Positions 39,642 to 47,830 of a DNA stretch of 64,000 nt are shown in pieces. Every line of letters begins with the position of its first letter. The stretch's first letter is position 1. The stretch covers positions 3,488,001 through 3,552,000 of the forward strand of contig OZ244937.1 of NCBI GenBank assembly GCA_965222075.1, in the 5' to 3' direction. This stretch comes from Candidatus Latescibacterota bacterium. Its GTDB lineage: Bacteria > Latescibacterota > UBA2968 > GCA-2709665. The notes under the pieces are model-generated. The model had not been told where the DNA came from and ran no database searches. It worked only from the letters and a program-made list of their open reading frames with translations. The position numbers were made by a program, and so were the translations under genes.

Positions 39642-40568
39642 TTATCGACGGGCGTATTTCCTGACAAAGGGTTGGTTGACCGTTGTTGAAGTGAGGATAT
39701 GATACCTCGCGGGTTTTCTGAAGGCGTTCCCCCATGTTTCGAGCTTCCTGTACTCTCGCATGGCTTCCAAGTCAAAGTTAGCCAGGTACACACCTTCGTC
39801 TTCTCCTGAACGAACCACCAGATTATTCCTCAGATTCCCGTTTCTAAGATAAACCATCCCATCGAAAGCAACGGATTGCCCTGGCTTTCCTGGTTCCCCC
39901 ACATAATTAGCTAATGCTACTCCAACCATGTTCTCCATTGCCCTGGCCCGAATGATTCCGGTTCTGACTTCATTCATATCGCAAGAGGTCGGTACAATGA
40001 TTAACTCCGCGCCTTTTAGCATCAGGATTCGAGCACTTTCAGGGAATTCCATGTCGTAGCAGATCATAGCCCCGATCTCTACATCGCCTTGTCGCGTATC
40101 TAAGGTGGCAACATAGAAATCATCGCCTGGTGAGCAGGCAGCTTCCAGAGAGAAATCACAAGTATGCACTTTCGCGTACGTCATGACGCGATTTCCGTGG
40201 CGATCAAACAAGGTCGCGGAATTACGTGGTAAATCTGAAGTCGCCTCAAGATACGTTATGGCGATTGCCACTTCTAACTCCTTGGCCAGGTCAGCAAAGC
40301 GCATAACAAACTCACCGTCCGTTGGGATGGCACGGCGTTTCCACGCTTCACGCAGCTCAGGATATCGAGGATGGGATGGATCATAATTTTGATCCCAGAC
40401 TTCATCATGATAAGCCGTGTACCCGATATTCCACATCTCAGGAAACAGGACGAGATCGGCTCCCATAGAAGCCGCCTTCTTACAGAACTCAACTCCCTTG
40501 GCCAGGTTGGCGTGTTGGTCAAATCCGTGGGAGTTCATCTGAAGTAAAGCAACCGTAATCGTGGCCAT
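39642..40568 (-). CDS. Carbon-nitrogen hydrolase (nitrilase superfamily)
   Basis: Glu-Lys-Cys triad: FPEMW, YAKVH, ICYDMEFPE. Confidence 0.93.
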   Translation of the reverse strand: MATITVALLQMNSHGFDQHANLAKGVEFCKKAASMGADLVLFPEMWNIGYTAYHDEVWDQNYDPSHPRYPELREAWKRRAIPTDGEFVMRFADLAKELEVAIAITYLEATSDLPRNSATLFDRHGNRVMTYAKVHTCDFSLEAACSPGDDFYVATLDTRQGDVEIGAMICYDMEFPESARILMLKGAELIIVPTSCDMNEVRTGIIRARAMENMVGVALANYVGEPGKPGQSVAFDGMVYLRNGNLRNNLVVRSGEDEGVYLANFDLEAMREYRKLETWGNAFRKPARYHILTSTTVNQPFVRKYARR

Positions 40569-40582
40569 TTCGTTTTTTCTCT

Positions 40583-40639
40583 CTTTGATGATCCCGCTCA
40601 GGCGCGCTGTCAAACGTCGACTGGAACTCCTGGTTCAAC
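40583..40639 (-). mobile_element. Decayed short attC site (57 bp)
   Basis: Minus strand GTTGAAC-CAGGA-GTTCCAGT-CGAC...GCGCG-CCTGAGC-GGGATC-ATCAAAG; canonical 59-be geometry, but R' reads ATC instead of GTT. Confidence 0.5.
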
Positions 40640-41533
40640 ATCCTCTGCATCGTAACCCGGGTAAATGCTTTGTGCATCGGGTGGTAGCTTCCTGACATGC
40701 TTGAGGAAGGCGAACGCCCTTTCAGTGTCTTCTTCCGGAAATCGGTACCCGTAGTGGTTTCCAACGGACTGAGCGGTCCGAACGAACAATCTCTGGGTCG
40801 CCAGCAGCGACGCCCAGATATCGTCATAAGCGGAGCCGGCGTAGGTGCGCTCAAACTCCCGCCAGTCCTCCGGCTCAAGGTGCTGCTGCAGGTTCTTACC
40901 TTCGCTGCCCAACGATCTCTCGAATCCCTTCGTCACGCCGATGTACCAACCGAGCATCAGGACAAGATCCTCTCGCAGACGTTCTATGTGGCATTTCAGC
41001 AGCGGGAGCTTTCGTCGCCACAAGGTCTTCGGAATATGCGAGCCGAGGGTGAAGCAGAATGTGTTGCAGCAGTCATCATACCACTGCTGCGTGGGCTCTG
41101 TGATGAAGTAGCTTCGTTCGCTCGGATTTGGGAGGTCGGGCAGGAGGCCATCCTTGTCCAGCAGAACCCGGGTCAGGCTATCTGATGGGCGACTCTCCAG
41201 CATTTCGATAGGCAAGAACCCGATATCGATGCGATTGCCGTCCGTGAACTGAACGTTGTAGGTGTAGCGGCCGTCCCCGCAGCCGGGTCGGTAGATCTGA
41301 TCCTCGACCTTTTGAACGAACATAGGAACTCCAAAATAGGGAACAACGCCACTTTCTTCTCTGAATGGTTGGACGTTCGTGACAAAGTAGACAATATCGT
41401 AGTCCCGAAATATGTCCTTCTCCGCGTTCGGGTTGGCCCGAGACCCGTTCATCACGACCACCCGGATGTGTTCATCGGCCTGGGCAAAATCGAGGACTAA
41501 TGCAAGCATTTCTTCTTCGGTACGTGTCTTCAC
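40610..41533 (-). CDS. Second aminoglycoside 6-adenylyltransferase (ANT(6)/AadK family)
   Basis: RTEEEML..VLDFA, IRVVVMNGSRANPN..KDIFRDYDIVYFV, FTDGNRID, VLLDKDG. Confidence 0.9.
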   Translation of the reverse strand: MKTRTEEEMLALVLDFAQADEHIRVVVMNGSRANPNAEKDIFRDYDIVYFVTNVQPFREESGVVPYFGVPMFVQKVEDQIYRPGCGDGRYTYNVQFTDGNRIDIGFLPIEMLESRPSDSLTRVLLDKDGLLPDLPNPSERSYFITEPTQQWYDDCCNTFCFTLGSHIPKTLWRRKLPLLKCHIERLREDLVLMLGWYIGVTKGFERSLGSEGKNLQQHLEPEDWREFERTYAGSAYDDIWASLLATQRLFVRTAQSVGNHYGYRFPEEDTERAFAFLKHVRKLPPDAQSIYPGYDAEDVEPGVPVDV

Positions 41534-41571
41534 CTGATCCTCTCTGCCAACCGGACATAATTGGAAGACAT

Positions 41572-41820
41572 TCACGCTTCGACGGCGTCGGCTATGAACT
41601 TGCGAAATGAGTCGCGGTAATGGGGTTGCGAATCCGCCAGGTCAGGTCGCCACTGACGGGCGGCCATCCAACCCAGAGCAATTTTCGTTGCAGTAACCAG
41701 GTCGGAACCCTCAAGGCGTCTCGGGCCCAGTTCCCGAACTTCTCGTTTATCCTCATCCCATTGTACTTTAACAGGGCCTTCAGTTTCTGTGGGAACCACA
41801 TACGGAGACCCAGACCGCAA
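41572..41820 (-). pseudogene. Short ORF, probably the C-terminal remnant of a truncated gene
   Basis: 82-aa ORF without a clear RBS, ending just upstream of the ANT(6) gene; no recognisable motif. Confidence 0.3.
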
Positions 41821-41923
41821 ACGATCTCATCAGAGTCCCCCTGTAGTGCGCCAGGCGTGCGACCCGGGTGTCTGCTTCATACCTGTATGACCGAGTCACT
41901 TGTACTCAAGAGGTAATCGCAGA

Positions 41924-42826
41924 TCACGCCAGATGCTCCGTCCGCAGTTGCCGCGACCAGTCAAAGTACTCGTCCAGCCCCACCAACTCGAATTCATCGA
42001 CAATATCGGCTGCGGTGCGCTCCACAGTCTCGCTATAGATCACCGAAGTGCCCACCTCCCCGGTCGTGACAATGCGCACGGCCTCGCCGTATTGCCGATG
42101 TATATCGTCGAACCTGGCCCGATTCTTGTCGAGATGCACCACTTCATAGTCCAGATTGATGCGCGCTGTGGCCCAACTCTGATAGTTATTGCTCTGAGCC
42201 AGGGTGGTCCCCTGCGGATCAATAATCGTGCAGGGCGTCCCCCTGTACACCGAGCCGACGAAAAAGGCCTGCACATCCAAAGCCCAGAAGTTCTGCACCA
42301 GCCCGCCGTGGTACATGGAACTGAAGAGCAGCAATTTCGGCTTGAGCTTCTTGTACTGGGCCCGCAATTCCCCAAAGTTCAGATCGAAACAGATCACCCC
42401 ACCCACCGACCCGAATTCGGTCCGGATCAGGGACGCGCCTGGACCTGGACGGGTGCCGTGGTCAAACTCCGGGTAGACTGGAATGTACTTGCGGTAGATA
42501 CCGGCTAATTCCCCCTGCCGATCGAGCAGCCCGAGGACATTGAAGACCGCCCCGCTCTTGCACTCCTTCTGATGCACCGGCACGGTGATATAGCAGCTAT
42601 ACGTCCGGGCTAAGCCAGCCAGTAGCTGAGTAGTCGGCCCCTCTGGCACTTCCTCGTCGCAGGTTCGGCAGATGGTCTCGGGCAGGACGATCAGATCGGG
42701 CCTGGTAGCTCGGGCGACCTGCCCCACCAGGTCCTCCAGGTCCTTGTGGGTTTGCTTCATCACCTCCTGGTCCGCTCCGCTGATCGGGGCGTAGGAAATG
42801 CTCGATACGACGATGTGATTGCTCAT
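41924..42826 (-). CDS. Carbon-nitrogen hydrolase (nitrilase superfamily)
   Basis: VLPET, YRKYIP, ICFDLNF triad; AAGGA RBS. Confidence 0.9.
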   Translation of the reverse strand: MSNHIVVSSISYAPISGADQEVMKQTHKDLEDLVGQVARATRPDLIVLPETICRTCDEEVPEGPTTQLLAGLARTYSCYITVPVHQKECKSGAVFNVLGLLDRQGELAGIYRKYIPVYPEFDHGTRPGPGASLIRTEFGSVGGVICFDLNFGELRAQYKKLKPKLLLFSSMYHGGLVQNFWALDVQAFFVGSVYRGTPCTIIDPQGTTLAQSNNYQSWATARINLDYEVVHLDKNRARFDDIHRQYGEAVRIVTTGEVGTSVIYSETVERTAADIVDEFELVGLDEYFDWSRQLRTEHLA

Positions 42827-42920
42827 GGGATTTTTCCTTTCGAAAGTCGATCCAGGTTACCTGAATGCCGTGCTCCGCCCTGGCGGGACATTCTGGATTT
42901 GCGCATTTTGAAACAGACCA

Positions 42921-43241
42921 GACCTACCCCCTATCCCCCTTCCTGAGAGGAAGGGGGAACCCGGATCGGTTGATGAGCGGCTGGATTGGCTGAAGTCATT
43001 TCGATTGATGAAAAAATCCAGACGAAATATCGTGATTGGTCAGCATGTTGTGCTTGAGAAAGTAACGAGAAAGCATCCTGCAAGCACGAGGATTGCAAGT
43101 TTTACGTATTTCGAATGTTGAAATTTGCACGAATTTGGATGGCACTCTCCAATCAGTCAGAGCTTATATAAAACAGTGTCGACGCAACGCTTGGTTCAAT
43201 TCCCCCTCTCCTCGCAGGAGAGGGGGCCGGGGGGAGAGGTC
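42921..43241 (+). mobile_element. Internally deleted DUF559 (Vsr-like endonuclease) gene flanked by C/G hairpin repeats
   Basis: Flanks CCCCCTTCC-TGAGA-GGAAGGGGG and CCCCCTCTCC-TCGCA-GGAGAGGGGG. MKKSRRNIVIGQHVVLEKVTR (from 43008) is joined out of frame to LQARGLQVLRISNVEICTNLDGTLQSV. Confidence 0.65.
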
Positions 43242-43408
43242 CTGCTATAGGTTCGACTCTCTTATTGATACGATCGAGCGCGACCAGGAGGCATGCCATC
43301 GAAAATCCACGAAACCCGCCTTAATAAAAAAAGAAGGGTGAAAATACAGCGCGATCATTTGATTTGCCCTAAGTGCCAATATAGAATGGGACAACTCACC
43401 CTCCGAGT

Positions 43409-43897
43409 TTAATGTCGTATTTTGGGCGGATTGGGAATGTCATCCATCAACTCCATGCGGATGAACTCGAACTCACCTCCGTTCGTCCGATTCATATAGT
43501 GTTCGACTACCCTGAAACCAACGCGTTTGTATACCTTGGCCCGCTTGTTGAAAGCCGCAACGCGAAGCTGGATGGTTTTCGGCGAGAATCGAGATTGCGC
43601 GAAATCCAAACCTGCACATACAAATTTCTCCCCCAATCCTTTCCCCGTCAGATCCGGACGAAGCCCTAAACCAAAATCCACGACGCCGTCTGTGTTCTGG
43701 AACGCAAAGAACCCCACCAATTCTCCTGTGCTATCTCGAACGGCGAACATAGATTCACCCCGAAGCTCGGGATCAAGAAGCTCCGCCAGATCTTCGGGAT
43801 CCGCTTCATAGTCGTAAAAGGCGTATTCACCCTCGTAATGCCAGGAAGCGATCTTTTCAGCATCTGATTGAGTCAGAGGTTCGATATCGAATCGCAT
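43409..43897 (-). CDS. GNAT N-acetyltransferase (RimJ/RimL-like)
   Basis: IASWHYEGEYAFYD, GLGLRPDLTGKGLG, LRVAAFNKRA..YKRVGF. Confidence 0.9.
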   Translation of the reverse strand: MRFDIEPLTQSDAEKIASWHYEGEYAFYDYEADPEDLAELLDPELRGESMFAVRDSTGELVGFFAFQNTDGVVDFGLGLRPDLTGKGLGEKFVCAGLDFAQSRFSPKTIQLRVAAFNKRAKVYKRVGFRVVEHYMNRTNGGEFEFIRMELMDDIPNPPKIRH

Positions 43898-44009
43898 TAA
43901 GACAACCCTATAGATTTCCTGCTGGCGTATGACGTCCCGGTCACCCGCGATGACCGCGCCCGAATCGCTGGCGATCAGCTTCGGCCGGGTCGGGATTCGA
44001 GGACCGATG

Positions 44010-45431
44010 TCAGTTTTGAGGATCGGGATGGATGTCGGAGGCCAACTCGCGCAGCACCTCGACCGCCAGGAGCACGTCCTCTCTTCGACAGTCGAATTGC
44101 CCGACCTGGAAGCGGATGACGAACTGCCCCTCGTGAATTGTATGCGTCAGGTAGATCCGGCCGTCGTCGTTGACCGCGCGAAGTAGTCGTTCGGTGGCGT
44201 TGCTGGGATTCTCGCCCTCGGGCGCGTACTGGAATGTGAAGAGCGAAAGGCGGCAGTCCGTCGTCACGCGAAAGCCGTCCAGCGATGCAATCGCGGCGGC
44301 GGCCTCCTCGGCCCACGCAATATGGTTCCGGATGCGCTGGCGGAGGTCTTCGAGACCGTGGGCGCGGAGCAGGAACCAGAGCTTGAGGGCCCGGAACCTG
44401 CGCCCCAGGGGGATCGTCCATTCGCTGTAATTGGTAATTTCGGACTGGCCGAGGGTCTGTAGGTAATCCGGATGGATGCCCAGGGTGCGGACCTGCGGTT
44501 CCGGATCCGCGAGAAACTGGATCGAGCAGTCGAACTGCGCGCCGAGCCACTTGTGGGGATTGAAGACGATGCTGTCCGCTTTCTCGACCCCCGACCACAA
44601 CCCCCGTAGCTCGGGGCAGATCATCGCGGAACCGGCCCACGCGGCGTCGACGTGGACGTAGAGATCATACGCTCGCGCCACTTCGATGGCCTGGTCCACC
44701 CTGTCGGACGCGCCGATCGACGTGCCCCCAACGCACAGCACGACGCCGGCCGGAAGGAATCCCGCTGCGCGATCAGCGTCGATCGCCGCGCGGAGCGCCT
44801 CCGGGTCGAGCGCCCAGGAACCATCGGTCGGGACCTTGACGAGATTCCGCTGGCCGATCCCGGCGATTCGTACCGCCTTGTCGATGGACGAGTGGGTCTC
44901 CGGCGAGGCATAGACCCTGAGCTGTTTCTCCCCGGCCATTCCGGAATCGATCCCTCGCCAGCCGAGCGTGCGCTCGCGCATCGTCAGTACAGCGCAGACA
45001 TTGGCCGACGTGGCCGACTCCTGGATAACCCCCTGGAACCCTTCGGGCAGACCGAGCGCCTGGCGCATCCAGTCGACCATCCGTGTCTCAATCTCCGTAG
45101 CCGCGGGCGAGGTCTGCCAGAGCATGCACTGGGCCGCCATCACCGCCGTCAAGTTCTCGGCGATCATCGAAACCGGCGCGGCGTTGGCGCTGAAGTAGGC
45201 GAAAAAGCGCCGGTGTTGCCAGTGCGTCATACCGTCCGGCACAATGCGCTCGAAGTCGGCGAAGATCGTCTCCATGTCTTCCGGCTCTTCCGGCGCCGCC
45301 GCGGGCAGCATCGCGGCGATCTCACCCGGCGCGGTCTGCGCCCGGACGGGCCGCTCCTCCAGCGTGGCCAGGTACTCCGCGCCCCACTGTGCAGCGCGTT
45401 CAGCCCACTGATAGTAGTCTTCTCTTTTCAT
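44010..45431 (-). CDS. Aromatic-L-amino-acid (group II PLP) decarboxylase
   Basis: GMTHWQH..FFAYF, SPAATEIE, HVDAAWAG, NPHKW (PLP lysine), LGRRFRALKLW; GGAGGT RBS directly after the attC R' site. Confidence 0.95.
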   Translation of the reverse strand: MKREDYYQWAERAAQWGAEYLATLEERPVRAQTAPGEIAAMLPAAAPEEPEDMETIFADFERIVPDGMTHWQHRRFFAYFSANAAPVSMIAENLTAVMAAQCMLWQTSPAATEIETRMVDWMRQALGLPEGFQGVIQESATSANVCAVLTMRERTLGWRGIDSGMAGEKQLRVYASPETHSSIDKAVRIAGIGQRNLVKVPTDGSWALDPEALRAAIDADRAAGFLPAGVVLCVGGTSIGASDRVDQAIEVARAYDLYVHVDAAWAGSAMICPELRGLWSGVEKADSIVFNPHKWLGAQFDCSIQFLADPEPQVRTLGIHPDYLQTLGQSEITNYSEWTIPLGRRFRALKLWFLLRAHGLEDLRQRIRNHIAWAEEAAAAIASLDGFRVTTDCRLSLFTFQYAPEGENPSNATERLLRAVNDDGRIYLTHTIHEGQFVIRFQVGQFDCRREDVLLAVEVLRELASDIHPDPQN

Positions 45432-45452
45432 GGGACGGTATGTACACCTCCG

Positions 45453-45554
45453 CTGCAACGTTTTGCCAGTTTGTGACGGCGGCGGAGCGAAGCGGAGCCG
45501 CTGTGCCGAAGGCCGAAGGAGCGAAGCGACTGAAGCAAAAACTGGCTGTTACAC
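45453..45554 (-). mobile_element. Integron attC site 2 (102 bp)
   Basis: Minus strand GTGTAAC-A-GCCAGTTTTTG...CAAACTGGC-AAAAC-GTTGCAG. Confidence 0.85.
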
Positions 45555-45613
45555 GATGGCGCAGGCCCGGGGTAGTTGGGTGGCCTGCCAGGGATGGCAG
45601 GGGGTTGGTTTTT

Positions 45614-45643
45614 TGTAAGAAATCAACCGAAGGAAGCGTCTAA
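45614..45643 (+). promoter_or_regulatory. ECF-type promoter TGTAAG-N17-CGTCTAA
   Basis: Resembles ECF AAC/CGT promoters; lies directly upstream of the sigma ATG at 45648. Confidence 0.55.
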
Positions 45644-45647
45644 TAGG

Positions 45648-46214
45648 ATGAACAACGACCCGAGAAACCCCAGAGATCGTTTAAGAATAATGATCGGATC
45701 AGTTATGGCAGATACCAGAGATGAAGCTCTGTTCAAAGATTTGCTGGCTAATCATACAGGTACCATTCTTAAAGTAGCCCGATCCTTTACCTCAACTCAG
45801 GAAGATATGAACGATCTCTCCCAAGAGATTCTCATTCAGCTTTGGCTGGCCATCCCTTCCTACCAGGAACGGTCAAAACCCTCGACGTGGATATACAGAG
45901 TCGCCTTGAACAAGGCATTGACTTGGCAACGTTCCGAAAAGAAACGTTGGGCACGGTATTCTCCATTATCCGAAATCGTGGATGCCAGGATTTCTGAATC
46001 CAATGAAAAACATGAAATTCTTGGTCAACTTTACAGAGAAATCCGTAAACTCAATAAAATCAATCGATCCCTTATACTGTTGTACCTCGATGGGTTCAGT
46101 TACTCAGAGATGGCCGAAACCCTTGGCATGTCCCAGAACAGCGTCGGAGTTCGACTCAACCGCATCAGAAAACAGCTTTCCGAAAATATGAAAGGAGGCT
46201 CCCATGAACTTTGA
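45648..46214 (+). CDS. ECF RNA polymerase sigma factor
   Basis: DLSQEILIQLW, STWIYRVALN (region 2); LYLDGFSYSEMAETLGMSQNSVGVRLNRIRKQL (region 4); alternative start at 45705. Confidence 0.93.
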   Translation: MNNDPRNPRDRLRIMIGSVMADTRDEALFKDLLANHTGTILKVARSFTSTQEDMNDLSQEILIQLWLAIPSYQERSKPSTWIYRVALNKALTWQRSEKKRWARYSPLSEIVDARISESNEKHEILGQLYREIRKLNKINRSLILLYLDGFSYSEMAETLGMSQNSVGVRLNRIRKQLSENMKGGSHEL

Positions 46215-46821
46215 GGATATCACTAAGATCTGGCAGTATCAGACGAATGAGGCGATTCTAATCAGAAATGAAGCAAGTCTTTTAGATGAAGTACGCAAAC
46301 AATATCGTAGGGGTAAACACTGGCTGATCGGGTTGAACCTATATGTACTGATTGTAGGTGTACCTGGCCTCTGTTTTCTCGGCTGGCTGGGGCTGAAAAC
46401 ATGGCCAAACTTCAAAGCCGTATTTCCAGTTGCATTCGGACTTCTTTTCACAACAGTCATACTTACCCTTTTTGTTTCAACCCGACGACAAAGAGTTCGC
46501 GAGCAGAGCTTTGGGAGTTCAGTAAAGGCCAGGATTGAATGTTTACTCTCCCAAGCTAATCACTGGGTCTGGTTACTTCAAGCTTACCTCAGGTGGATCT
46601 TTCCTGCTGGAATCACCGTATGGATCTTGGGCGTGACATGGTGGGGATTAGTCAAAGGACTCCCACTTTGGGGTACTGCTTATATTCTTTTCTGTTCACT
46701 TGGATTCTGTGCGATATACTGGTCTTTTCAACGGATTTACCAAAAGAAATTCCTTCCTCGCAAGCGAGTGCTCGAAGACCTGCTTCGCAGCATCGAAAGC
46801 ACTGGCGAGCACGATGCATAA
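46204..46821 (+). CDS. Four-TM putative anti-sigma factor
   Basis: MNFEDITKIWQ N-terminus, four hydrophobic segments, overlaps the sigma stop, AAGGAGG RBS. Confidence 0.75.
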   Translation: MNFEDITKIWQYQTNEAILIRNEASLLDEVRKQYRRGKHWLIGLNLYVLIVGVPGLCFLGWLGLKTWPNFKAVFPVAFGLLFTTVILTLFVSTRRQRVREQSFGSSVKARIECLLSQANHWVWLLQAYLRWIFPAGITVWILGVTWWGLVKGLPLWGTAYILFCSLGFCAIYWSFQRIYQKKFLPRKRVLEDLLRSIESTGEHDA

Positions 46822-46895
46822 ACAGACTCCTATGACATTTACTTTCTGTTTTTAGGCGGGCCAGGACGGCCGCCTTTGTTTTGGCCTGCGCTTTC

Positions 46896-46984
46896 GTGTA
46901 ACGTTCCCGCAATTCACGAAGCTGCGTAGCAGCTTTGTGGCGTAGGGCGCGAAGCGACCGGAGCCCGTGAATCGCGTGTTAAGC
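46896..46984 (-). mobile_element. Integron attC site 3 (89 bp)
   Basis: Minus strand GCTTAAC-A-CGCGATTCACG...CGTGAATTGCG-GGAAC-GTTACAC. Confidence 0.85.
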
Positions 46985-47036
46985 GCTGGTACGGCGCGGG
47001 GTGGTTATGGTCTTCCTCGCCCGGCCGAGAGCGCGC

Positions 47037-47420
47037 TCAGATATCTATCCGGTAGTCCAACGTGGCTTCGTCCCCTGTCATGCCGCGGAAACCCCAATTA
47101 CCGGCCGGAGTCTCGAAGAGCGTGATCTCTAGATCAATCGGTGCAATCCCCAAATTCTCCCCTATGCGCTTGAACAAAAGGTGGATCAGTTTCTTCCTGA
47201 CTTCTGCTGACCGTCCCTCCATTAGAGAGATCTCAATCACCGTGTACGCATCCGTACGTCCCTCCGGATAGTAGAAGTCTTCAGCATCCATTGGGATGAA
47301 GCGATGTGCTCGTTTATCGGTCGGAAATGAGAGGGCGTCAACCATACATCCGTTGATCACATCGGATAGCTTCGCCTTTATCGGATCCAGATTTTGCCTC
47401 AGACCGTAGACTCGAATCAT
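47037..47420 (-). CDS. Tautomerase-family protein (Tautomerase_2-like)
   Basis: LSDVINGCMVDALSFPTDKRAHRF, IEISLMEGRS.E.RKKL, ETPAGNWGFRG. Confidence 0.85.
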   Translation of the reverse strand: MIRVYGLRQNLDPIKAKLSDVINGCMVDALSFPTDKRAHRFIPMDAEDFYYPEGRTDAYTVIEISLMEGRSAEVRKKLIHLLFKRIGENLGIAPIDLEITLFETPAGNWGFRGMTGDEATLDYRIDI

Positions 47421-47830
47421 GCGGGTTCTCCGTTCTGGCGAATGTGACGGCCTAGCACGCGACGCCTGCGTGTTTGGTATATCGATGCCGCACTTGCATT
47501 TAACTACGGCATTAGCGAACAGATGCAGTGATACAGTCCAGACCTGGATATTGCCGAACGTTCGGGAACATTTCGCTTTGGAAGTGTTTAGCCCGAACAT
47601 GTTCAGAGATGCTTCCTATGGTGGCATCGTCATCATCCATAACCTGCCTCTTTTTTGGCAATTATTGCATCCAACGGCCTTCGTACTTATGCGAAATCCC
47701 GATTCGTAACCCATGTATAGATCTGTGCTGATATGCAAAAAAATGATCCGGAGACACAACGCGCATCTTCGGACACGTCAAACAGCCTGCCCAACTTTTT
47801 CTGCTGATTTCTATGTCGCTCTTAATACCT

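Noticed and set aside
47496-47606. Possible fourth attC upstream of the tautomerase (TTTAAC-TA-CGGCATTA...TATTGCCG-AAC-GTT and the GTTCGGG...CCCGAAC hairpin)
   Set aside because: Spacer geometry does not match the other sites and the core is not complementary to GCTTAAC; at best a decayed site.
37000-47800. Prophage or IS-bounded island
   Set aside because: No phage structural, integrase or transposase genes recognised; the Gp49-like protein is a TA toxin.
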